Position numbers and translations under genes: made by a program. A DNA stretch of 63,743 nt, taken from positions 5,793,754 to 5,857,496 of the forward strand of contig CAJINV010000005.1 in NCBI GenBank assembly GCA_905178155.1. Reading direction: 5' to 3'. The stretch comes from Amoebophrya sp. A120. Lineage: Eukaryota; Protista; Dinoflagellata. Each line of letters begins with the position of its first letter. Within the stretch, counting starts at the first letter, position 1. This document shows, in pieces, positions 35,115 through 48,336 of this stretch. The notes below the pieces were generated by a model, which made no database searches, was not told where the DNA came from, and saw only the letters and a list, made by a program, of their open reading frames with translations.

Positions 35115-38053
35115 CTATTGCACTTTTCTTTTCCGCCAACGGAATTCTTGATCGGACAGATTCGGGACTTGCAGCTTCTGAAGCAGCGGGTCGATACAAT
35201 TCGTCGCATCCTCCCCCGGATAAAAGCCAAATCCGAACTCTTTGTCGATGTCTCGCCACTTTCCCAAGACGAAAACCCGCTTCTCCTTCGGCAGGAGCTG
35301 GAATACCGAAGATGTTGAAGCGCGACGATGAGAACTTAGCGGGCCACGACTGCCACTGCTTCTTCCCCTCATATTATTATAGCAACTTGCAGTTGGACAA
35401 ACTACTTCTTTCACGTATTTCTTTTCCTTCAGTAAACTTTCTTTCCTGGACCCCGGCACAGCCTTCAGCATCTCCTCGGTCCAAAATATCGGCTCGTAGT
35501 GGTAGAAGAAAGAAGCCTATCAAATGCAAACGAGTCTGGGTCTGGAAGCTTGTGACGCTAAAACGTGCATGATGAAAACGCTTCCGAATGCAGCCCAGCA
35601 TGACAACTCTCCAAAACGCTTTCTCATAGGAAATCCGCGTGACAAGCTGCGTTTTTGCATGACAAAAGAGGCTGCGACTTTTGTTGGTTATGCAGTACAG
35701 ATCTCCCAGGGGTGTAGAGCCAGCATTACAAGTTCCAACCTTCCAGACCCAGACATTTTTGCAGTGCATAAAGCCGCGCACTTCTTGGTTTTATTGCTTG
35801 ACTTGTTCAACATCTCTTCATTCGCGCCGTCTTGACTATTAGTTCCGTCTAGTTTTTTGGATGAATGATCTTCTGGGTAGACCACCTTCTTGAGGTCGTG
35901 GGTCAGGGTGTCATCTTCGGACGAGCTACTGAAGAGGACCTGGCACTCAACATCAGCGGGCAGGTCGGACGAATCAGGATCGTCGTCCGATAGGTGGAAC
36001 GCATGCTCGCCCAACAAGGACGAGCTATGTTTCTTTCCATGATCATGATCCACAGCACGAGGAGCCTTAGGTCGTTGTGATGATGTGGACGAGTTTATTG
36101 CAGTAGAAGTTCTTCTGGCTGCAGCTGCCGTGGTGCTAGTACGTTTTCTCCCGCGGCCATGTAGTTGTTCTTGACCACGTTTACCGGGATAATCTTCATA
36201 CAGGAATTCGTAGCTGAAATAAGAATCCGGCACAAAGGCGCTGCTGATGCTGATGCGGTGGCTGTTCCTCTTCCGCTCTTCCTGTTCTTCGGCCTGCCCC
36301 GGCTTCAGTTTCATAGGTAGCGAGGACGAATGGGGACGCGGTCTCGTCCACCTCGGCTCGGCCACTTCCACCATTGCAGCCGTGCAGTTCTTGAACAGGT
36401 AAACCTCGCCGATTTCTAACTGTGCTTGTTCTGGGCGAGCTGTAGAAGAGCCGTCTACTAAATTTGTCATGTCAATTGTCAATGAAAGGACGATGGCTGC
36501 ACTGCGGTCGGCTACCAGGTACTTCTGATTCACCAGTCGGATTTTTTGGAGTTGCTCGTGGTCTTGGAGGTCTTCCTTTATGTTTTCCGTTGTTCCATGA
36601 TCATGATCGAGTTCTCGTACCACGCTGACCTTCCTGATCACTTTGGCTACAAAGTCGAAAACCCGTGGCGGGAAAATGGACTCCAGCTTCAGTCGGTCAA
36701 TAGTACTTTGCTCGTCCTCGTGAAGACCATCTACTTCCGGGGCAATTTCAACTTCATCCGGAAGAGCGTGGTCATGATGCTGTTCGTGTTCTCGCTCTCC
36801 CCGACAGGATCTCTTTGCTGAAAATGATGCGCCGGCGCTGGGTGGCACTATGGCCTGTGAAATCCTAACGCGCGGAGGACCTTCTTTTGTCGGTACTAAT
36901 GCTGCCTGTTCCTCGTTCTCAATCGCTAGCAACTCCTGCAGAAGCTGCGTTTCGGTGTCCGTATCTACAGCATCCGCCTTGGAAGTGCTGCTACCCGTCG
37001 CCGGCGTACTGTTTTCGGTCAATTTGCGACCCTGTGGTCGCTGTCTAGCACTTCGAAAAAGTTCCTCGTTGCGGTAGATTGTCAAGACACGACTGGAAGA
37101 GCTTCGATTTTCATCCTTGTAATCGACGACTGGTGAGCCCCCGTCCCCGGAACAAGATTTGCTTCTTCCTCCTCCCGCCCCGGACGAGGTAGTTGTTTTT
37201 ATACTAGGGCGGGAAGTACGAGTTGTGAGGAACTTGTCGCGCATGAAATAGTTGAATTTCTCTGGATGCTTTCGCTTCATTTCCAACAGGAAGTTGATGT
37301 ACGGTCTAAAGCCGGATGAACAAGAACTTCCTGCCCCGTCTGTGTTGAAGTCCTCACGAAACCTATCCTGAGTAAAAACGTACCCACACCAGAGTTGTAA
37401 GGCAAATCTGCATGCTGAAAATGTTTCTCATGCGGAGCTCCATGAGAAGCATTTTCTAGTCATGTTTTGCAATTTGTCATGCTCCAATCAGCATGGTAGG
37501 CTAGATCTGTGATGCTGCTGAGCTAGCTCAAACAGCACTACACTACGAATCCAAATTTGTCATGCAAAACAGCCAAAACTTGTGGATTTGTCTAGCCGAT
37601 TCCCCATCTTGACTCTGGTGTGGGTACGTTTTTACTCAGGATAAAACCTGCACAATTCTCGCAGGTTGAAATCATGGGCGCGGTTTTCGTGCTTGGAAAA
37701 ATCGCGGAGAAAGTAGTGCTATGAATTGCAAAAGTATAATCACACGCGTAGCAATGATCGCAGGCATGCATTACAAACCGCCTTTCCTAGCTAAAACAGC
37801 ATTACAAATCCCATCTGTCATCCTAAGGCTAAGCTAATTTGTAATGCAATTTATACTAGTACGTGTACGATACATTCACTTTTGCACAGCATAAGTGCTC
37901 GAACGTGTGGCGCTGGAGCAAGAAATCGCTCTGGAAAATCTTCAACTTCTGCACGGGGAACATGGCGGCAAGTTGGGAGAGGTAACCTGTTGAAGATGAA
38001 GAGTTTGATTTACGAATATCACGAGCAGGGGTAATAAATCTAAATTTGTGCAT
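35115..38053 (-). CDS. Hypothetical protein (~738 aa) with a possible OB-fold
   Basis: Three introner joins in frame; FDFVAKVI..YLVADRSAAIVLSL..LEIGEVYLFKN resembles SSB/RPA-type OB-folds. Confidence 0.7.
35518..35770. mobile_element. Introner family B
   Basis: TIRs; TSD AAGCC; join KCAA-SFFYHY. Confidence 0.92.
37364..37643. mobile_element. Introner family E
   Basis: Perfect ~32-bp TIR TATCCTGAGTAAAAACGTACCCACACCAGAGT; TSD AAACC. Confidence 0.94.
37720..37893. mobile_element. Introner family A
   Basis: TIRs; TSD AGTGC; join TFEH-YFLRD. Confidence 0.88.
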
Positions 38054-38239
38054 CTGGTGCGGTCAGATGGAAAACATGTCGAACGAGCGGCGTCCTGACG
38101 CATCTTCATCAACGACTGCCATCTTCGTTCAGAAGTGCAGTCAGTATGAAAGTCTGGCACTGGATCAGGCATATAATGCGCTAATGCTCGAGCTCCTGAG
38201 AGTAGCACTAGCACTAGCTCAAGTAGAAAGAAGAAGAAC

Positions 38240-41200
38240 TCAATCCTGCTCAACTTCCATTTGGCACAAGAAGAACTGAAAATGAGTTGAACCTTCCGCT
38301 GTCGCCTCCACAGTGGTCCTGTACTGCACAACAGACTTTAATGCTTCACTTGTAGCACCCAGCCGCGCCCCCGCTGCCGCACTTCGCTGGTCGAAAGCTT
38401 CTTGCTCGCTGGTCGTTGTGGCTTTTCTTTCTTGTTTTGTTCCTTGAGGATGTGAAAGTGTGTTCTTGTTCACCGTCACCACACTGATTGGGAACAGCGC
38501 TGGCCTGAAATCAATTATACTCCTTCCACCATCTGCTCCGCGGCCTATTTCTATTTTCGCGGACGACCGGTCTTGGTCAGCGTCACCCGGAGTCCTCCTG
38601 GACGACAACATGGGCGAAAGACCAGTTGGAGTCAGACTTTCTTCCTGTTTGTCCGCGTTCTTGGCTCGCGCCCCCTCTGCTCTGCGCATCATGTCAGCGA
38701 ACAGTGCCAAGCTCTCGTCCTCTAATTCGCTCTTTGAAGGAGAAGCTGGACGCGGCGGTGGATGATCAGCCCGATCGTCAATTTTATCTGTCCTACTTGA
38801 TGCAGCTCCATTGTGGGCTATTTTTATCGATGGTTCGGTTCCCTCGCTGCTTGTACTAGAACTACAAATATCGCCGAAACATTCCCGCACCTGTTTCCGC
38901 AGCACCCTCCAGCCGTCGCCCAGCGCGAGCTTGTCGCTTTCCTTCGGCTCCACGGAAACCAGGTCCTGCCAGATGGTCCAGGCTTTCTGCGCCTCCCCGG
39001 AGGCCTTGCAGATGTAGATCTCTTGGAGGAAGGTTTTCAGTTGCTGTTGCACATTTTCAAGCCACGATTTGCCGTCGAATGCGATCATGTGGGTAGTTGT
39101 AGTTCTTGCCCCCGCCCCGGCTTGTTTATCTTCATAGTACTCCCGCAAGCTCACTGTATTTCGACTTCCCTCCCGCAAAACCTGGCCTAGCCCGATGGAA
39201 AAGCCGTACTGCTTGAAAGCCCTCTCCTGGATGCCATTCAGGTCGAAAACCTCTTGCTCCTCCACCTTCGAATCAGCGGCAAAAGGGGCATCCGAGCCTC
39301 CTGTGGCTGTGGGTGTGCTACTTGCAGAAGTCCTGTTGACATAATCAGCGCCACCGAGGCCGGTAATGATAAATCGTTGTTGCAACATGCGATCCGCCGC
39401 ACGCGCCTGCCCCTGAGCGGCCTCCATTCCAGCGTTCATGCGGGCACGTAGTTCGTCTCCTTTCCGTTCAGCTTTGCTCATGCCAGCTTTCGCGATTTGC
39501 TCTTTCGCCGTTTGCTTCGTCAAAAAGTTATCGCAGTTCACGAAGACGCTTGGGTGGAATGTTGGAGTAGAAAGGTTTTGCTCTTTGGCCGTTTGTATCA
39601 AATGTAAAAGTGTCTGGGTCTGGAAGATACCAACTTGAAATTTGTCTGCAGCTAAAAAAATCAAAATTTTTGGTAGTGCAGTTCGTGTTCTTCACTTCTC
39701 GCCCGGACTGCGGCCCGCTTGCGAGCGCTGCGGACTTTGTGCTGGGGAACTTGGCCGACGTGTTGCGCTCCATTCCTGCGTCATTTGCTCGAAGGTCCCG
39801 CACGAGCTTGATTTGCTACCTCCACACGGAAATGCGGCAACAGGTTGGGGCTTCCGACTGCCATTTTTCGGGTAAGTTTCGCACCTAAGATAACAACATG
39901 ACGCGAGCCTCCGAGAGGTGCTTGGGCGCAGAGCCCCTTCCCCCAAAAGTGGCAATTTGTAATGCGCGTTTCGTATTTCAAATGGCCTTCTTTTATGACC
40001 CGTCTTGGGCTCGCTCTTCGGGCCAGGTCACAAATCTGAGCCCCTGGATCAGCAGAATGCCGTGCTGTGAGGGTTCAGATTTTTGATGCAAAACGTGGCT
40101 CCGCGAAAAAAGTCTGCACCTCGGCAATGAGGTCCCCAAGTGGAGGTGCAGACGTTTTTCGCGCGGGGGGGGGAAAGTGGGGCAGATAGGTCGTGTTTGT
40201 CTGCGCCGCGAAAAAAGTCTGCACCTCCGAAATTGGCCTCCAGATGAGGTGTCCTCGGACACCTCTTCGGAGCCGTCCCGAGTCGCGGACCTCCGGGGCG
40301 ACAAATTGCGGCCGCCCTTTCCGCATTGCCCCGAGCTGAATCGAGCTCAATTTGCAGGCAGAAGCCTGCAGCTTGAGCTCATCCCCGAGTCGACCTCCTC
40401 CGAGGCCGCGAGGTTTGAACCAAAAGTGAGCCATTTTTCAGTTTAGTTGCAGACATTTTTCAGTTTAGTAGAAGATTGGAACTTGTCATGCTAAATCCGA
40501 ATCATGCAGAAATCTGTGTCGCATGAGTGCCAAAAGCTGTCCACATTCGGCCAAGTTTGGAGGGAGTTTCTCATGCAGGATAGGCATAGTAGACACCTCA
40601 CAGACTTTGTCATGCTAGGTCCCGCATTCCAGACCTGATGCGTCAGGGAAAACCTGCATGACAAACTTCTCTTCTTCCAGACCCAGACATTTTTACATTT
40701 GATAGTTTGCTTCGTCAAAAAGTTATCGCAATTCACCAAGACGCTTGGGTGGAAATGGAATGGAGTAGAAGGCTCTCTTCCTGCAGCTTCCTTTTCTTCT
40801 TTCCCATTCGAAGCCCCGGTTCTTGCCGCAGCTGTTTGCTCTCCTTCTTCATCATCTGCGATTTCCGATGGAGGTCTCATTTTTCCTCTGGTGCTTTCAT
40901 TTCTACTACCGCCGACATTCTTCGACGCTTTGCCATTTTGTACCCAGCTTTCTAAAGCTTTAGGCTGTGCGGAATGATCGCTCCGAAGCAGTGCTCGTTC
41001 TTCATTTTTGGAAATCGGCAGGACGTTGCGGAAAATTTTCTGCAGGGCCGGCGTTTCAAAAAATCGCCGAAAATCATCGTGGTTATAGTTGTATCGCGTT
41101 GCCCAAAACTATCGTACTCTTTGTACGTGAGCGCGCATGTTGACAAGCACAAGAAAGAAGGTCTCCACTTCAATGCAAAGCCTGAACCTGCATTTGTTCC

Positions 41201-44200
41201 TCTTTCGGAAGAAGTTTCTTTCAGTTTGTAACGCAATCTCCACAGGTACGATAGTTTTGTTGTAATGCGTAAGTCGAATGTGAGGTGGATCATTTTCGTG
41301 TTCAGCAGAAACTTGAAGAGGGCAAAGCGAGCCGCGGAGCCCGGATTTTTCCAACGCAGAGTGTGGCGCTCTCATATGTTACATTCTCAGCTGTTACATG
41401 AATTTGTGATGCTAGAACCGCAACAGTGAAAGGGGCAAGCTTGCACCTTTCGCATCACAAATGCGGCACCGATTCAGGTGCTGTTTAGCCCTTTGGGTAT
41501 TTGTCATGCGAGGTGGCTTGATCGTCTGGTGGCTCATGGTAATTTTGCATGACAAATTCATGTAACAGTTGAGAATGTAACGTTTGAGAACTCCATACAG
41601 AGCGGAGTGGAGTTCTTGTTGCTCCTGCTGGTTAGAGGCTGCTGTAAGTGATGCTGCTGTAGAAGTTGAAATTGTAGTGCGATCAGAAGCCCTCCTCGTG
41701 TTGTTAACATCATGATCTGAAAACGGTCTACTTGCAACAAACTCCGCCTCGTGGAGCGCAGTCAGCCCGTCGTGCGCAGTTTGGAGCAGGACCATCCGCT
41801 GCAGCTGCTCCAACGCCTGCCGTTCGTTTTTGGCGCGGTCAACTTGCTTCTTACGTTCAAACAAGTTGGAACAAACGCTGTTGCTGATGCTTTCCAGAAC
41901 ATCTTCAGTAACATCCGCCCCTACGCTTCTCTCATCGTCCGTCGTTTCCGTCGCGGCGCTTGTTGTTTTCCCCTGCATAGGTCTCGATTTTTCATATTCA
42001 CCAGCTGCACCGGGTCGCTCTTTTCCCGCCGCGCTGGTGTTTTCATAATCTACCGGCTTGTTTATCTTGTCGCTCTTGTGCCCCTCGTTCTTCTTCTCGG
42101 TCATACCTTGTTTCCCACCTTCGTCGCTTCGCACTAGTCCCTTCAGAAATTCGGAACTCCCACACATGAAGGTATACAAGGTAAAAACTTCCGTAAGCAA
42201 AGCGTCCCACTGCAGGGAGAAACGACAAGAACCAACTGAGTCGCCGTCTCGGTTGTTCCTCTTTATTCCATCTATTCGAGAAGATTTTTTTCCGCGTCCA
42301 CCCCGCCGTGCATCTTGACCTTTCCCTCCACCGCCGCCGACCTTGTCAAATTTTCCGGCGAAGGTTTCGTGTTCCAAATAGCCTTTGAATTGAAACTCAT
42401 AGGGGTGCTTGACAGAAGTCTTCTTGTTATTCGCGTTCCCCGGAGATGTGGAAGAAGATTTACAACTCTCCCGCTGCAGTTCTTCCGCGCTTTTGATGGT
42501 CCTTGGGTCGACGAGAAACCGGTCTAAGACGTCTTTCTCCAAGTACATCAGCTTGTCATTCAATCTCGTGAAGGACAAGGAGTCAAGAACCTCCCGCCCA
42601 GACGAAGTAGTAGAGCTTTCTACTATTCGTCGAAAATAAACCGTGTCCAACTTGTCCTGGACCAACTTTTTCATCCGAACCGCCTGCAGCGCCACCGTGT
42701 CGACATCTCCGGTGAAAAAATTGCATCGGGCGGCCGACTTGTAGTAGTTGTAGTTTCCCGTGCAGCTCAACAAAACCGTCGGATCTCGCGCGAACGGGTA
42801 GGCTTGGGCGAAAAAGCAGGACGTTGAAGTTTTAGAAGAGTCTACTTCTTTGACATTGATTATCGACTGTGTGTCAAATAATGGCTTGCGCTCGGCGTTG
42901 TAATTTCCCGCTTCGGTTTTGTCCGTAGGCAGCGGGGCGAATATTGGAGTGGGCTTCAGCTTTAGAAATGTTCTCGTTCTACTGGCGATGTAGTTTTCGC
43001 CAAGAGGAGATGGAGGGCCTGCTCGGATGCCGTTTTGCACGTTGACGCCCTGTTGCTCCGTCGTGGCAACGGTTTTACAGTCGATCGCGGCGAGCAGGTG
43101 AAGCGAAGGCGGTTCTTTCCTTTGTCCGGGCAGTAAGGGCGCGTGCCCCCTAGGAAGTGAAGACTGCGGGGGCCCCCGACGTATCATCAACGCGTGGCAC
43201 TCCGAAGCGCTAGCACCATGATCAGCTTCAGCCGCGTTCTTGACATTCCACTCCATGCCCCAAGGCAGCGGAAGGAAATTCAGCGCCATCGTCGATTTTG
43301 AGTCGTCATCTTCCGCTCTTTGTTCCGTCAATTTCAAACACGAAACCGAGTCCCCGCCAAATTTCTCAAATTCGCTGAAGCCTATGAAAGAACTTTCGTC
43401 ATCATCTGGTCCGCGAAACGAGGAAATTCTTTGGAGGTAAAAATCCTTGTAAAAAGAAGTAGAGCCGCGAGGACCACACAGAACCGCTTCGGGTGACCTT
43501 TCTGGGAGGTTGGAGAAAGTCAAAGCGGCTTCTTGGGTGGCATAGTGGAGGTCGTCGTCCTGGTCCTCCGTGTCCGAAGCTCCAATGTAGTCATCTTGAT
43601 TTTGTCGTGGCGATGCAGAAATATTTTGGCCTAATCCTAGCGCACAGTCTGCACCAATCGTTTTCGGTGCTTCCGCACGGTTTTGCGCCACCGCGGCTGG
43701 ATCTCGTAGCTCCAACATCCCGACAAACGCACCTTCGAATTCGAGCAATTCTTGCAGCATGTCATTCATCTTCTCCACGCTGGCACCCTCGTCGTGTGCT
43801 GGGACCAAAACAGCAGAATCAATCTTCTGCTCCTCCTGTATAATCGCGCCGAGGCTTCCTCCTGCTGTGCTATCTGCTGGCGCGGCCAAAGTCGCGGGTG
43901 CGCCTTGTGCCGCTACGTCCCTAATATCCCTCGAATTTGATTTCGACGGTTGTCGACTACTGCGGTTGGCAGCTCTTGCTGAGGGGTCGTCCGAGATCCC
44001 GTGGCCCATCCGCCAAGTCGGTTTTCCTGTCGGAATGGATTTTGGAGCGTATTTGGCGTCAAAAACGTTTTTCCATTTTAAAAAAAGCGCATCGTCTAGT
44101 AAATGGAACGCAACGACCTCCTTGTCGCTTTCTCCACTTGAAAGGACTCCATCATCGATAAAAGGTTCTTCTGGAGCTGCACTACAAACTTCGTCCTTCA

Positions 44201-47200
44201 TCCCCAGTTCGACTGCATTTTTGTCGTAGTTCCCAAACTCGAAAAAATCTGCGTAAGCGTTGAGCAACTTCCTTCGCGTCGCCGTCCGGCAAAACTTTCT
44301 CGCTTTGCGAAGGTTGGTGATCAGTTCCTTTGCGAAAAGACGGTCGGAAGGACTGAGCAAGACTTCCAGAAGGGTAGCTGCAGCTGCATCGGTCGTCGTG
44401 TCTGTTGATCTTGATGTGCCTGCGTTGCCGATATGATCTTTGCCTCGTCCGTTTGTATAAAAATCTGTAGAACTTCTTCCCACGAGCACCGGCCTTTCCC
44501 TCATCAAGAACTTGCAGGCAGAACGCTCGACGGGATTCGGAATGCTGGTCGTGCTGAGGCCGGCTCCGGCTCGCGGCTGAAAATCTAGTCCCAGACAATC
44601 TGTATCTACTGGGCAATACCCTCCACCGGGATGGAGAATCTCTCGAAACTTCTCCTCTTCGAAAAGGATCGACGGGCGCAGCTTACGATCTTCAACCGTG
44701 GCCGCCGTGACTGCCGACGCGCCGTTCTCGTTCATCGTATCAAATAAATCACCTTGCGGTCGTGGCGAAGATGAAAATGAAACTGAAGCCGAAGCATGAT
44801 TCGCGTTGTTCTGCCCTTTGCCGTTTTTTCCCGCCCACCTCGCTTGATGTAGTCCACCTGGAGGACTCTCATCATCCACGACCGCAAATGAGTCGTGCTT
44901 CGCTTGCTTCGTTATCGTTGCGTGCTTTTCCCGATCGAAATCCGGATTTGGATAAACCCAAGAGCGGTGCGTACTCAACGCGTCTTGGAAAAAGCAAGGG
45001 AGTCCACGTCGTCGCTCCTCTTCGATATTATCGAATCCCGCGGCACGGAGATAGGCCACCAAGGATGGATATCAAATGCAAAAGTGTCTGGGTCAGGGTC
45101 TGGAAGAAGTCCGACATTTGTCATGCATTTTTTACATCTACAAAAAAGGTCTGGAATGCACACAGAGCATGCCAAACTCTGTGGCAGCTTCTCCTTCTCC
45201 ATGCCTATTCCGCATGACAAATGCGTTCTTCTGGAGACAAAAATCGGGCACCTTTTGCTGACTACGCAATACAGATTTTTGCCTGTTCCAGATGAATCCG
45301 CTTCACAAGTTGCAGTCTTCCAGACGACCCAGACATATTTGCAATGCATAATGGACAAAGAGGCGGCATGTCGCGCTTCTCGTCCTTGCTGTAAATGACG
45401 AACCGGCAGAGCTTCTCGTAGAGGTACTGGGCGTATCCTATGTAAAAACGTCCCCACCCCATAATCAAGATGGAGATTTTGCAACACAAACCTAGAAGTT
45501 TTGCGAGTTACGCATGACAAGTTGCAGGCTGTAGTGTAGTGCAGTTTAGCAAGGGAATCCGCATAGCAACTCCATCCCCTCATCCTGTTTACAGCATTAC
45601 AAGTTCCAAAACACGACTGGAACTGCCTCTCTTGGGGATGCGCATCACAAGTGCTCCTGTGCTTGCTAATCTGCATGACAACTCTGGGGCGGGGACGTTT
45701 TTACACAGGATAGAGCGCGGTGCTTGTTCCTTTCGTTCTGCATCTGCGATAGAAACGTCTCGTAGACGAAGTGTTTGAATTTCGGCTCCGGAATCTGCGG
45801 GAGGAATTTCACCTTAGAAGAACGACGACAAGCTGCAACATGTGCTGAGGTAGAACGAAAGGTGTTGTTCTTGTTCGTGCTCAAAACAACATCCTCGTAG
45901 TTCCCACAGTTTTCGTAAAATTTCATGACGTAGTCGAAAAACAGCCGCCAATCGTGTTCGTCGCAAGCCCAAAAATAATCTTCCAGGTACAGGTAGTACA
46001 GTTTTTTCTTCAGACCGCTCTCCCGGGGTAAGCTCACTGGCTCGGAAAACAAAAGCTGAAACATTTCGAAGATGTAGATCGCCTCGGGAGAGTGTCGGTT
46101 GAAGCGGAATTTCAAAATTTTCGCTCCAAAAACCGCCTTTTGCAGGTAGTGCGCTTGTAAGTGGTCTTTTTCCACTTGGGTGAGCTGGTTCTGGTGCGGC
46201 TTCATATTACGCATTATACCTTTTACACGCTCCTCGGCGCCGTTGTTCTCGTCTAGCTTAATGTTCTCCTCAAAATCATTGTCATCTTCCGAATCGTCCT
46301 TCGCAAAACAACAAGTTTGAATTGGATCTAAATTGAAACTATCGACGGCCGATCCGTTTCTGTCGCAGAAAAGTATGACAGTGCACAACTCCCCCTCTTC
46401 CTCATTTGTATAGCATGAGCGGCAATACAAGCATCAGCAAGAATGCCGGTTTTGCATGACAAATCTGCACTGGATTGTAGTTCTATTTGGGCTACTAGAA
46501 CTTGTCATGCAAACAGCGCCAAGAGGCAAGGGGTGGATTGGGTATTTTGCATGACAAATAAGGGGGATCCCGGGATTTGTGTACTGTCATAAAAAGCTGC
46601 TGAAAACCACAAAAACTTGGTTTGATTTGCTCCTTCCTGATATCGGTGTAAAACTCTACTTCGCACTCATCTTTATTCCACAACCGGAGCTCCTGCTGTT
46701 TTCCATGTGGAGCTCCTGCACTTTTGGGGTATTTGTATTTCGCCTCCAACTCCGCCTTTGCCTTTTCGCGCATGCCGGCAACTGCGGTAGTGATGAGAGG
46801 AGGGAAAGATGAAGTAGACTTGTTGATTGAACGAAGCGGCGGACTGCGGCTGCGATCTAAGTTCTTTTTACTTCTTTGCTCCTTCAGTGTCTTTTGTTCG
46901 TCACAAAATTGCCTGAATTCGTTGTAGGGCAAGACGTGTGGATCCAGGTAGCAGGGGTCCACTATCGGAGCAGGTTGCGTCTTCGTCTTTCGTTCTTCTT
47001 CCGCTTCCCGCAGCTGCTTTTCCTTCCGAAGCTTTTTCTGACCTTGCTTTGTATTTCCCGAGTAGTCTACTTCTCCTCGTCGTCCAGGACGATTTCGGGC
47101 GCCTGTGCGATCTTTGTAAGAAGTGTCACACTTGGTGGCGCCGTCACTTCCACGACCTGTCCACCAGTTGATGTCGTTGCTCTTTTTCTTGTTTCCCCGC

Positions 47201-48336
47201 GTGGATGAAGTGCTCCGCAGGCCTTTGATGTTCGCCTCATGATCTGCAGACTCCTTTACGTTTTTCATCTGATCGTGGCTTGTGTGCCACCAGTAGTTAT
47301 ACGGCTCCTGACCGGGAGCAGGGGAAGTGTTACTTCCAGAAGGACGAGATAAAACATCGAGGCCTTCAAAATAACGGGCTGTAGTTTGTTGCTCGCCTTC
47401 CCCTCTCCTGGTCCTGCTCGTCGTGTCCTTCCCTTTGTAGTTCGTTCTGCCACCTTTGCCCTTGTTCATCCGTGGTGCAGAAGCCCCGCCTGAACTGGTG
47501 TCTTCTGCCCCTCGCTTTCCACTTTCACCGCCGCGACCTCCACCCTTATTTCGACGGGCGCCGCCGTTTGCGGGCCGGTTCGGATGAGAGGAAGACGATG
47601 GGGCCCCCGCGGGCGCTGCTGGTCTTGCATCTACCTGTTCTGACGATGTAGCTGCAAGACGTCGTCCGACGTCACTTCCACCTCGGAGATAGTACCGCTC
47701 AAACTCGTCCTCGTGGTAAAAACCTTGCTCAGCGACAGCAGCACTTGACGAAGAAAGAACTTGGGGAGGAGGCGCAGCTGTCGTGCCAGCAGCTGCTCCA
47801 CCACTACCCATTCCAAGTCCTCCGGATGAAGGCGGAGTTGACATTCCAGTATGTTGTGCATCCGGCGGGCAAACGACGTCCCACCGACCGTAGTGACCCC
47901 GCGGAACAACTACCCGTGGGTAGGACGATGAGCTCGACGTCGCGGCGGTTGGGGTGTTTTGCGTATGATGATCAGGTGCACGACGACTACGCCTTGGGGA
48001 ATTTCTTCCGTAAGTCGTGTAATTCCACCTGTGGTCGTCCCCCCCACTGCTCATACTCCCTCTCCTACTAAACGACGCAGCTGCAGGCTCAGCAGGCTGT
48101 TGAAGGCTGTAGGTGCCGCGCCAATCATAGTTGTTGTCCTGTGCGTGGTCGTGGAAGTTGTGTATCTGCTCCTGCGCAAGATCCTCAAGCCTGCCAGTGG
48201 GTTCTTCACGACGCTCACGATCGTCGTTGTTGCTTCGTGCTTCTTGTTCCGCGTTGCGCGGCTCCTGAGTTGGTCTTCTTCTACCAAACATCAAGGTAGA
48301 GCTTGAGCTACCTCCTCGTCTCCCAAAGAAGACCAT
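38240..48336 (-). CDS. Giant hypothetical protein (~2,587 aa) split by six introners
   Basis: Removing six elements plus one TSD each leaves 7764 nt in one frame, linking the 613, 254, 1216 and 474-aa ORFs. Confidence 0.78.
39596..40704. mobile_element. Large family-B introner (1109 bp) with GC-rich interior
   Basis: TIR TATCAAATGTAAAA.TGTCTGGGTCTGGAAGA; TSD GTTTG; join LTKQT-AKEQ. Confidence 0.9.
41092..41271. mobile_element. Degenerate family-A introner
   Basis: CAAAACTATCGTAC / GTACGATAGTTTTG; TSD AGTTG/AGTCG; join TFD-YNHDDF. Confidence 0.8.
41362..41597. mobile_element. Introner family F
   Basis: ~50-bp TIR; TSD CAGAG; join HSAL-RWKNP. Confidence 0.9.
45070..45350. mobile_element. Introner family B
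   Basis: TIRs; TSD ATGGA; join PLCP-SLVAYL. Confidence 0.9.
45434..45712. mobile_element. Introner family E
   Basis: TIRs; TSD GGGCG/GAGCG; inverted relative at 57761-58044. Confidence 0.9.
46374..46591. mobile_element. Introner family D (TIR TATGACAGTGCACAACTCCC)
   Basis: TSD AAAAG; join FQQL-FCDRN; homologous to 57462-57701 and 63221 onward. Confidence 0.9.

Noticed and set aside
39692-40446. Transposase inside the 1.1-kb family-B element
   Set aside because: ORFs are at most ~120 aa with no catalytic motif; I found no autonomous element in this window
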